Assembly (NCBI RefSeq): GCF_006345805.1
Contig: NW_021832087.1
Span: forward strand, 1-33,348
Direction: 5' to 3'
From: Octopus sinensis
Taxonomy: Eukaryota
DNA: 33,348 nt
The notes beneath the pieces are model-generated. The model was not told the DNA's origin, made no database searches, and saw only the letters and a list, made by a program, of their open reading frames with translations. The position numbers were made by a program, and so were the translations under genes. Of the stretch, positions 24,498 through 33,348 are shown piece after piece. Positions within the stretch are counted from its first letter, which is position 1. Every line of letters starts with the position of its first letter.

Positions 24498-25632
24498 CTA
24501 GGAAGGGATTTGCATTAGCTAAAGACTTGGAGGAAGCAATGGAATCTGGCTCTGCAGCTCAGGTGACGGCCAAGAGTCTAGCGTTAAACCAGCATCTCGA
24601 AGCCCAACATATGGGTTGCATTGTTGGAGCCAGGATTCGTACATTGGGTTGTGAAGGAATCAAGGCAGCAGAATGAGCCCGAGTGGTGGAAGCCCAACGT
24701 GTCAACGATGGCACAATTCGATCTTTGATGAACCAAAGAGGTATGTTGATAAACGAGCCCGAGGAGATGCGTGAGGTCTTTCAGGAGCACTTCACCTTGC
24801 CTTTCGGGGTGGGGGAAGCGGACCGGACAGTAAGAGGGACCTAATGGATTACCTCGCCGGGCTGCCACGCCTCTCGGAGCTTGACGCGGAGTGTTGTCTA
24901 GGCCCGATCACGCCTGAGAAGGTAATTGAGGCTATGGCGCACCGCGACGCGGGTAAGGCACCGGGACTGGATGGTCTGTATAAGAGTATGCCAGACTTGT
25001 TCGGGCACCTGCTGGCAAATGTCTACTTGAACTGGCAGCAGAATGGGTTCATTCCCAGATCTGTGCGCCGAGAAGTGGTGAGGCTTGTCAAAAAGGACCC
25101 GAATAAGGGAGGACTGCATTGATAATTTTGGGCCCATCACTCTGCTAAACACAGAGTTGAAGATTTTGGCCAAAGTGTTCTCGAAAAGATTGGTGCGTGG
25201 GTATTAGCTTCCTCAGGTGGATCATTGAAATTTATAACAACAGCGACTCGGTAGTTCGGATGAACGGTTTTTTATCTAAGCCGCTCAGCTTCAAACGCTC
25301 GGTTCGTCAAGGGTGTCCTCTCTGCCCGCTTTTGTATGTAATGTCTCTTGAGCCATTGCTGCGAAAATTGAGCCAGGAAGAGCGGAGGTGGCTAATGTGT
25401 TCATCGCATCGGTCATCACCTACCGCCTAACCGTCGTTCCCTGCCCTGATTCGTGGTTGAGCAAGCTGGAAAGACAGCTCTTCCGCTTCTTGTCGAAGGG
25501 TTCGAATACGCTTGTGAGACGCTCTATTTGCTGCCAACAACCGTTAAAGGGTTGGCTATGGATGCCTCGGCTGATGATGCACAGGCACGCGCTGAGGTTG
25601 AGGCACCTGTGGCTCCATCTGGATGGTGATCC
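24498..25632 (+). mobile_element. L1/Tx1-clade ORF2 fragment with several internal deletions
   Basis: EMREVFQEHF, LPRLSE..., KAPGLDGL, NFGPITLLNTELKILAKVFSKRL; deletion near 25198; WIIEIY...VRMNG...SVRQGCPLCPLLYVMSLEPLLRKL; deletion near 25373 removing the YADD region; RAEVANVFIASVITYRL...HALRLRHL. Confidence 0.88.
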
Positions 25633-25635
25633 AGT

Positions 25636-26160
25636 CAAGAGAGCAAAAATCGTGTTATTCCAGCGGCAAAAAGTTTCCTTTTCGAACATCAGCAAACTAC
25701 TAAAGTGCAGTAAAACGGCATGCGTGCAAGTGTGGAAGTTATTTTCGGAGAGTGGTCAATATAAAGATCGGCAAAGGACTGGCGATCCAAGAAAAACGAT
25801 GGCGCAGTTGGACCGTCGAATCCACTGACTTTCGGAAGGTAACTGAATGCTGACAGATGTTGACATTTGTAAACAATTGTCCAACGAGAATTTTGTTATT
25901 TTTACACTATAAACCGTCCGCAACCGTTTGAGAGAATTTGAACTACATGGACGAATCGCTAGGAAAAAGCCAATAATATCCGAAAAAGTCGACTCAAACG
26001 TCTTAATTTCGCAAAAAGCCATGCTCAATGGACAGCCGAAGATTGGTGTACGGTCCTTTGGAGTGACGATTCACGCTTCTGAATATTTGGATCAGATGGT
26101 AAAACATATGTCAGACGTCGCTCAACCGAGGAATTCCATCCGAAATGCGTGAAAAAGACG
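25636..26160 (+). mobile_element. Tc1 transposase N-terminal fragment (paired HTH domains up to the first catalytic Asp)
   Basis: RAKIVLF...SNISKLLKCSKT...RTGDPRKT...DRRI; TVRNRLREFELHGRIARKKPII; RLKRLNFAKSHAQWTAEDWCTVLWSDDSRF..FGSDGKTYVRR...HPKCVKKT. Contains stops and frameshifts. Confidence 0.9.
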
Positions 26161-26362
26161 GCACTCTGGTCGCCATAGCGCTCACTGTGGTGTCGTAGCC
26201 GTGGACAGTGAGCCCAATGGCACCTAGACGTTACCCATGACACCCCCCGGAGCTTAAGTAAGGCATGTGTAAAATTTGAATGAAATTGGTTGTGTGGTTC
26301 TCAAGTTTTAGGGAAACACACAGACAGACAGACACACATTCTCAGTTTTATATAATAGAAGA
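26161..26362 (-). mobile_element. Helitron-like 5' end (copy A)
   Basis: Minus strand starts a|TCttctattatataaaactgagaatgtgtgtctgtctg...; about 125 bp homologous to copy B; 9-bp inverted repeat gctcactgt/acagtgagc internally. Confidence 0.55.
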
Positions 26363-26385
26363 TATATATATATATATTATATATA

Positions 26386-26446
<61 letters not shown>

Positions 26447-26454
26447 ATATAATA

Positions 26455-26705
26455 AATGCGGCCTTTTAAAACCTAACTAGGCTCATGGGCCCGGTTTCCC
26501 GGTTTCTACGGCGTATGTGTTCCCAAGCTGGACGGGATGCCAATCCATCGCAGCGTTACTCATTTTTGCCAGCTGAGTGGACTGGAGCAACGTGAAATGA
26601 AGTGTTTTGCTCAAGAACACAACGCGTCACCCGGTCCAGGAATTGAAACCACAATCTTACGATCAAGATGCTGACACCCTAACCAACTAAGCCAGGCGCA
26701 TCCAC
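26455..26705 (-). mobile_element. Family C tRNA-SINE, full length
   Basis: Reverse complement: gtggatgcgcctggcttagttggttagggtg...ggtttcaattcctgg (A and B boxes), ttgtgttcttgagcaaaacacttcatttcac, tgcgatggattggcatcccgtccag. Confidence 0.85.
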
Positions 26706-26759
26706 ACACACGCACTCACACACACACACACAGACACACACACACATATATATATATGA

Positions 26760-27240
26760 GAGGTTTTAGTATCCAGATGACCAAAAATGGCAGATAAAGC
26801 TATATAAGTGCTACGGAAAGACCTTAGTCAGACTACAAGACCCCTTAGAATGAACAGCGCATGGAATTTGTATCTCCACACTATCCTTTTAAAATAACAA
26901 AATATGAACTCCTATCGGAATTTACATACCATGGACAAGAAGTCTTTCTACCCTTTCTCCACAGCACTTTCTCTGTAACATCCCACATATTCTTATTGCT
27001 ATTCTCTTCTTTCCATTTATACTTCCTATATCTCTCTCTTGCCATTATAACTTCTTACATTGAACGCTACTTTTCCCTCTATTTAATCTCTGATGATATC
27101 CCTCATATCCCTGAAACAGGTGTAAGACTACCTTTCTCTTCATAAATGTCTTAGAATTTTCACGCTATTTTGGCTTTGTTGTCTCATTTTATTTAGCACC
27201 CCCACACATACATACTTTTTTGTTAGGACCCCGTATATAC
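26760..27240 (+). mobile_element. Possible Penelope-like terminal remnant carrying a degenerate hammerhead motif
   Basis: Weak PLE-like C-terminal residue (TTRPLRMNS), a pyrimidine-rich UTR-like stretch, and TCT-CTGATGA...GAAA-CAG-GTG-TA-AGA at 27087-27127. Confidence 0.4.
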
Positions 27241-28189
27241 ATTTTGTGTTTTGTAATAAAAGAATCATAACGCCTCAAGGACTTCATATGCTTTGCCAAA
27301 ATTAGGATTAGCAGTTTTGAGCAGCTCATTTGCAATAATGGATACAAAATTCAAGATGCAAAAAGAAATAAAACAAAGATGAAGTCTGTAGATTTCGTCC
27401 TGAAGTATATTATTTACAAAGCACACTGTTACTATTTTCTTTTATAACAGTCGGTAGGTGGAAAAAAAAAAAGAAAACATTGCCCCGAGAAGCTGCAAGA
27501 ATATCTGTGTATATATTTTCTGCTGACCAACCAAACGCTACATGCATGGGCTGACAAACTTTTGGTTTCAAGCATTTCCATCATTCTTTAATAAATTTTC
27601 TAACAATCATTTCTAAGAAGGGCGCTAACGATAAAGCAATTTGCAATTTCTATTATTAGCAAAGTTCCTAGCAAGCAGCCAAACGCCTTTTGGCAGGCTA
27701 AATGTCAAACTATGCAATGAACGTTTTTGTAAATATAACATTCAGGTAAATATTTACTGAAAGTGGAAAACACTGGAATACGTTGCTGAATGAAATTATT
27801 TGCTTCATTTACCCTTAGTCAAATGCAAATGTTTATAATAACGAGGACCATAGACTAAAAATCTATGCACCATTTCATTCTAAAGTCTTTCGTCTGTGGA
27901 TGCTAGAACAGGTATTATTCGTTTAAAATACGTTTATGATATTTGAAATTAATAATATGAACAGACAAATTAGTTTTAAGACGCTTATATTAATTTGATT
28001 CGTCAGGCAATAATTAACGTGTATTGTGATTTTTCTAAGATGTCATGAAACTTCTCAAAGACAGTGAAGAACATTCATAATGGGACTCATATAATGTCTT
28101 ATAAGTGACTTAACATGTTTAAGAACACTCTGTTTACTGCAAAATGCTTTTAAATAAATTTCTTCCTCTTTGCACACTATATTTAATTT

Positions 28190-28453
28190 CATTCTTTTAT
28201 TCCTTTACTTGTTTCAGTCATTTGATTGCGGCTATGCTGGAGCACTGCTTTACAAGAGATTTAGTCGAAATAATCGACCTCAGAACATATTCTTTGTAAG
28301 CCTAGTACTTATGCTATCGGTCTCTCTTGCTGAACCGTTAGTGTTACGGGGACGTAAACACACCAACATTGGTTGTCAAGCGATGGCGCGGGACAGAGAC
28401 ACAAAAGTATACAATAAATATATAAATATATACATATATATATATATACACAA

Positions 28454-28484
<31 letters not shown>

Positions 28485-28650
28485 TATATACGACGGGATT
28501 CTTTCATTTTCCGTCTACCAAATCCACTCACAAAAGCTTTGGTCGATCCAAGGCTATAGTAGAAGACACTTACCAAAGGTGACACGCAGTGTGACTGAAC
28601 GCGGAACCATGTGATTATGAAGCAAGCTCCTCACCACACAGCAACGCCAG
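28190..28650 (-). mobile_element. Family B SINE, full length, with internal (TA)n
   Basis: Head-to-tail homology with 15197-15625; explains ORF 28170..28559. Confidence 0.9.
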
Positions 28651-28877
28651 TTTGAACCTTACCTTTTTGTTAGAAATGTTTCCACATCCCTAGGTAGTCT
28701 TGTCATACGCAAGCACACGGATCTATAAAAACTTCCACATTGCTCTGATGAGCATCTTTATTTCCTCATACTCGAACCCACTTTCTCCTTCTTCCTATAA
28801 CACTTTCACTCTACCCGCCCAACTATTACACTCACAAACACACACGCACAAACACACATGCCCGCTCGAATAACGAA

Positions 28878-29105
28878 CTCTTTTACTTGTTTCAGTCATT
28901 TGACTGTGGCCATGCTGGGGCACCGCCTTTAGTCGAGCAAATCGACCCCAGAACTTATTCTTTGTAAGCCCCAGTACTTATTCTATCGGTCTATTTTGCC
29001 GAACCGCTAAGCTACGGGGACGTAAACACACAAGCATCGGTTGTCAAGCGATGTTGGTGGTGGTGGGGACGAACACAGACACACAAACATATACACACAC
29101 ATACA

Positions 29106-29148
<43 letters not shown>

Positions 29149-29312
29149 GACGGAATTCTTTCAGTTTCCATCTACCAAATCCACTCACAAGGCTTTGGTC
29201 GGCCCGAGGCTATAGTAGAATGACACTTGCCGAAGGTGTCACGCTGTGGTACTGAACCAGGAACCAGGTGGTTGGTAAGAAAGCTACTTACCCCACAGCC
29301 ACTACTGCGCCT
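28878..29312 (-). mobile_element. Family B SINE, full length
   Basis: As above; well conserved, CpGs mostly retained. Confidence 0.9.
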
Positions 29313-29504
29313 ATATATTTCTATATTCGGACTCCTAAACACACATTCTTTATACGTACCACACTAACATACACACACAAACATACACACACACACGCAT
29401 CCTGTCGCACCATTACTTGCTTATCCCTGATAACTAACAAAAGTCCGAAACATAAAGGCACTTTCACTTTCCATTAATGCTTTAAGCCACAACCTTTTTT
29501 CACT

Positions 29505-29648
29505 TTAAAAAATTCGGTGGCACACCTGAACTAAAACCATAATTAAAAGTATAGAGGAAAAATTATATTCAGATTACACTGTAGAACACCTAGCATCGTC
29601 TCGTGGCATACCAGTGTGCAGTGACATAAGGGCTGCGGTACACTACTT
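29505..29648. mobile_element. Possible hAT-type MITE terminal remnant
   Basis: Repeated gtggcacacc / gtggcataccagtgtgc subterminal motifs resembling the GCGGCACAC arrays I recall from hAT-Charlie MITEs; no partner end found. Confidence 0.4.
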
Positions 29649-29785
29649 TAAGGTAATACCTTACTTGCTAAATTTTGTTCCCCTTCTGTTATCCATTTTC
29701 TAGTTCACTGTATTTGCACGAAATGTGTGTGTGTGTGAGAGAGAGAGAGAGTGTGTGTGTGTGTGCGTGCACGCGTATAGATATA

Positions 29786-30917
29786 TGGAGCGGGCTAAAA
29801 CGTTCAGCGGCTGACTATGAAGGAGTGATGATTCGGATCAGAAATCTTGCATGTACTAATTTCAACACTTCATATTAATAATTGCATTGTTTATTTCTGG
29901 TAAAGCTGACATCTGACACTTCAAAGAAGACTTCACAAGTAACCAGTAGCAACAGCAGCTATGACGTCATCGTCAGTGCGATACCGGTTCCCAACCAAGT
30001 GTTTTTTCATGTTGGGAAACAGATGATAGAGGGAGGCGAAACCAAGAGAATTGGGAGGGTGATCAACTAGTTCAAAGCCACAGTAACTCACAACAGCCAT
30101 TGGAACCATGGATTTGTGTGTTGGATCATTGTCCTGATAAAACAGGAACCCTTTTTTTTCAATTTTCCTGGGTGTTCGGTCTGGATAATCTTTCGTAACT
30201 TCAAGATCCTTCTCCTCCTAAATTCAGCTGTCCAATTCAAGATCCTTCTCCTCCTAAATTCAGCTGTCCAATTTTTCACTGCTGATAAAACTGGTGCGAC
30301 ATCCCCAGTGGAGCAAGCATGTGTATATGAATATTCTGGGGAGCTAAAGCATTTTTCTGCAGGTAGTTGATAACGCCACGATGTCAAACTTTGTTGATTT
30401 TCAAGAGAATGTATTACTAGTTTCATTTGAAGCCGTCATTGAACAGTCAGATGCCAGTTAACCTGTAAAAAATCAAAGCACTTATTAATAAGTGAAGTTG
30501 CAATTAAAGCAGGATGTCATGCAAGTGCTACCAGTCGAGAAATCCGCATACCGGAAGACAGCAAGGGTATAGGATCATCAGTAGAGAGTACGCGTCGTTT
30601 CGAGGCCTATCTCTCGATGACGTCAATGCGCACCGCCCCCGCCCCCACTGATATGAAGCCCTGCTTGCTACATCAACTGGTTATTAAATAAAGCTCACTA
30701 TACCTCTAGCTATTGTTCATCGTCTCTTTTTAACCAAATCCGGTGGCTAGCCTTCTCCACTGTAGTTTGGATATCAATCATGGTGGTATTGTCATTACGA
30801 TGAGTTAGGCCTAACGATAACAACAATCGTCTCACATTGTGGCCAACAGATCAAAGATTTCACTACTCTAGCATCACTTCTTCATAGTCAGCCTATGAAC
30901 CTTTAAGCCCACCCTCG
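29786..30917 (-). mobile_element. Internally deleted mariner transposon with about 45-bp TIRs and TA target duplication
   Basis: TIRs 29786-29830 and 30872-30917 (5 mismatches in the inner 34 bp), TA outside each end. Transposase relics GDVAPVLSAVKNWTAEFRR (N-terminal HTH) join directly to LRKII...PGKL / FYQDNDPTHKS...FELVDHPPNS...YHLFPNMKKHL.GNRYRTDDDV. Confidence 0.92.
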
Positions 30918-31114
30918 TATCTGCCACCATTTCACTCTTTTCCTAACGACAAATAGAGAAGAAAGAAAAAGAAAGAAACTGTGAGAAAGTGAGTGAGAGA
31001 AAAAGAAAGCAAGATGGCGTTCATATTTTGACTCTTCGGTGTATGTCTTTGAATTTAATTTACATCAGTCATTTTTGCTCGGAGAAAATAAAACATGGAT
31101 GCCTGATAGCTGCT

Positions 31115-31275
31115 GCTGCTGCTTGTCGGTGCTGCTGTTATTGTTATTCTTTTCTTCTTCTTCTTCTTTCTTCTTCTTCTTCTTCTTCTTCTTCTTCTTC
31201 TTCTTCTTCTTCTTCTTCTTCTTCTTCTTCTTCTATCTTCCTCCTCCTCCCCTTCCTTTTCCTCCTCCTTCTTCA
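31115..31275. repeat. (GCT)n-(CTT)n-(CCT)n triplet repeats
   Basis: Directly visible. Confidence 0.96.
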
Positions 31276-32499
31276 TCTTCACTGATAATCACTTGAATTA
31301 TTAACTTCTAATCATTAAAATTCCAATCAGTCGCACTTATCACAAACACTAGTGTGCGACAAACAAATATTTATCTTCTGTGTGTGTGGGAGAGAGAGAG
31401 AAAAAAAAGGAGAGAGAGGGGGAGAGAGGAGAATGAGAGTGAGAGAGAGGAGAGAAAGAGAGAAAGGGAGAGAGAAAGAGAGAGAGAATTTCTTTAAAAC
31501 TGGCGTGATTGACTTAGGTGTTTTACGAATTCACTTTATGCGAACGGTTTACATTTGTAAATGCCCCTAACGGACACCTGTCGGTTAAGGCTTTGAGAGC
31601 GAAAACAAAGACGAATGTCTCTATTTCGCCTCGTATACAAAAGAGAGAGAGAGAAAAAAGCAACCCCCAAAACTAAAAAGAAACCAGCAAAAACATGAAT
31701 AGACTTTTACTCAACTCAGGTCACGCTGAAGGCAAGCAATAACTCTTTAAAACTGTTAACAGATAATGCAATATTCAAAGTGTGATCAAATATACTTAGG
31801 TGATTAACGTGTCTGACTACGTCAAAGCTGAAAGCAAGACTCCCTCACAACACACAAGTCAACTGGTGCTTAAATAACGTTTCAGATATTTTCTTTCTAT
31901 TTTTTTTATATACTTTTGTTTGTTTTATTTTTGTTAGCTTGAACAAAGAGAAACAAAAGTTGTCTGGATTAAATACGTATCTGTATATGTATGCGTCTTT
32001 TGTAACGGTGTTTATTTTTTCGTGATTATGAATACGTCGAAGAAGGATACATTTACGAAAGACAAACTGTTTTTGTTAGTTTTATGCTGAAATACGATCG
32101 TTAATATACTACTGTTGTACAAGAGTTGAAAATAGAGACTAGACAGTCGTGTGGGTTATCAATCGAACCACCTACTCATGGGTCACAAGTTCAAGTTTCT
32201 TTCGGGCGTTACAAAGAATACTATAGTCTGTATTGTGTGTGTTTAACGCAAGCACAAGACCGCCCTGCCTGTTGAAGAAACCCAAACAGAGGTGCCACCT
32301 CCTACGAACAGAAATTGATTGCAGGTGGCACAAAGAAAACGCGTACCAATCAAATCCAGAGCCAACTCTTTGCTTTCAGTTCTAACATGTATACACAAAG
32401 CTTTGCACACATAAACAAGTAAATCATTTGCTGTTCTTATTTAAGAACGATCTTTACTTGTTTTCTTTTTAGTATTGCGTTGTCTCATTTATGGGAACA

Positions 32500-32910
32500 G
32501 ATTCACGTAAATGCCGTAACAAAATTCTCCCGAGTGGTCAGACAAAATTTCGATACTAATTTGACTCAGCATACCACTATGTTGATCTTCGGCATGTTCG
32601 TAGGTTATCGACGACTGTTTCCTCTCGCTATACTCCCGCCTGTGTCCATTTAGCCACTCCGTTAAACTCCTAGAAGTCTCCCCTATATATGCCGTATTGT
32701 GGATCCTACAATCAAATTTTATATATTTTACACGGTAGGCTACATTCACGATCTTCGAGTTAATACTAGGGTTAAAAGTACATACAGTGTTGTACCTCTC
32801 AGTACACATGGTCTTGTGAAAGAAACGTCCCTGATTTTTCTACAACTTTAATGCTGAGTTTAGCTTCCTTTATAGCCTTCTTAAGGCTGCGAGAGAGCTC
32901 CCCACGTGGC
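32500..32910 (-). mobile_element. Second Penelope-like GIY-YIG fragment (different family)
   Basis: ELSRSLKKAIKEAKLSIKVVEKSGTFL (linker), then NVAYRV...C..HNTAYIGETSRSLTEWLNGH...EHAEDQH...IEIL. Confidence 0.8.
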
Positions 32911-33189
32911 AAATATTACCTCTTGAAATATTCCTGTGTTGAACCACATGTTTTATTCTATTTGTTTTATCACTAATTCTCTATATTATGTTTCAATCTT
33001 TGGCACTGTATCGATGTCAGGTTCTCCTGATGCCTTTACTTATGGTATCACCTGCACACTCTGACTCTACTACTCTGATTGTAGCCAGAGAACTGCACAC
33101 GGAGCATAGAGTACTGTGCATGTCTCTTTATGTCATACATACGTATATTCTTGAAGCAAATAATATAGATATATAAAGTGAACGTAAAT

Positions 33190-33200
33190 CTATCTGTCTG

Positions 33201-33239
<39 letters not shown>

Positions 33240-33300
33240 GTCTGTCATTCTGTCTGTCTGTCTGTCTGTCTGTCCGTCCGTCCGTCCGTCCGTCTGTCTG

Positions 33301-33348
<48 letters not shown>
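33190..33348. repeat. (TCTA)n/(TCTG)n/(TCCG)n tetranucleotide repeats
   Basis: Directly visible. Confidence 0.97.

Noticed and set aside
28740-28790. CTGATGAG...CTCGAAC hammerhead-like string
   Set aside because: GAAA is incomplete and I found no stem III or cleavage triplet.
29882-30070. 62-aa plus-strand ORF that looked like a possible exon
   Set aside because: It is the antisense reading of the mariner transposase C-terminus.
30200-30271. 36-bp direct repeat of CRISPR-like length
   Set aside because: Only two adjacent units with no spacer, inside a mariner transposase relic in eukaryotic DNA.
31010-31019. YY1-like CAAGATGGCG; also CGCCATTTT near 10706 and ETS-like ACTTCCGG near 18390
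   Set aside because: Isolated short motifs are expected by chance in 33 kb, and there is no adjacent gene start.

Overview
Repeat-dominated, AT-rich eukaryotic DNA in which I recognise no host protein-coding gene. The SINE families and dense compound microsatellites look like an octopod (Octopus) genome; this is inferred from recalled repeat sequences, not from a search. Almost all ORFs in the supplied track are translations of microsatellites or SINEs. The real protein homology is all to broken transposons: two Penelope-like GIY-YIG fragments (7.2-8.0 kb and 32.5-32.9 kb), two different R4/Dong-like 3' fragments in (TAA)n (20.7-22.4 kb), RTE LINE pieces (10.8 kb and 22.5-23.4 kb), a multiply deleted L1/Tx1 RT joined to a Tc1 transposase fragment (24.5-26.2 kb), and an internally deleted mariner with TIRs (29.8-30.9 kb). 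About four tRNA-derived SINE families are present. The most interesting observations are: (1) one SINE variant is repeatedly joined at the same base to other members of its own family, once with a 16-bp TSD, suggesting self-targeted insertion; (2) a Helitron-bounded Tx1+Tc1 composite contains an in-frame RT-thumb/HTH fusion ORF; (3) a decayed Penelope-type minimal hammerhead ribozyme lies at 27.1 kb; (4) a SINE cluster switches polarity and could fold into long dsRNA.
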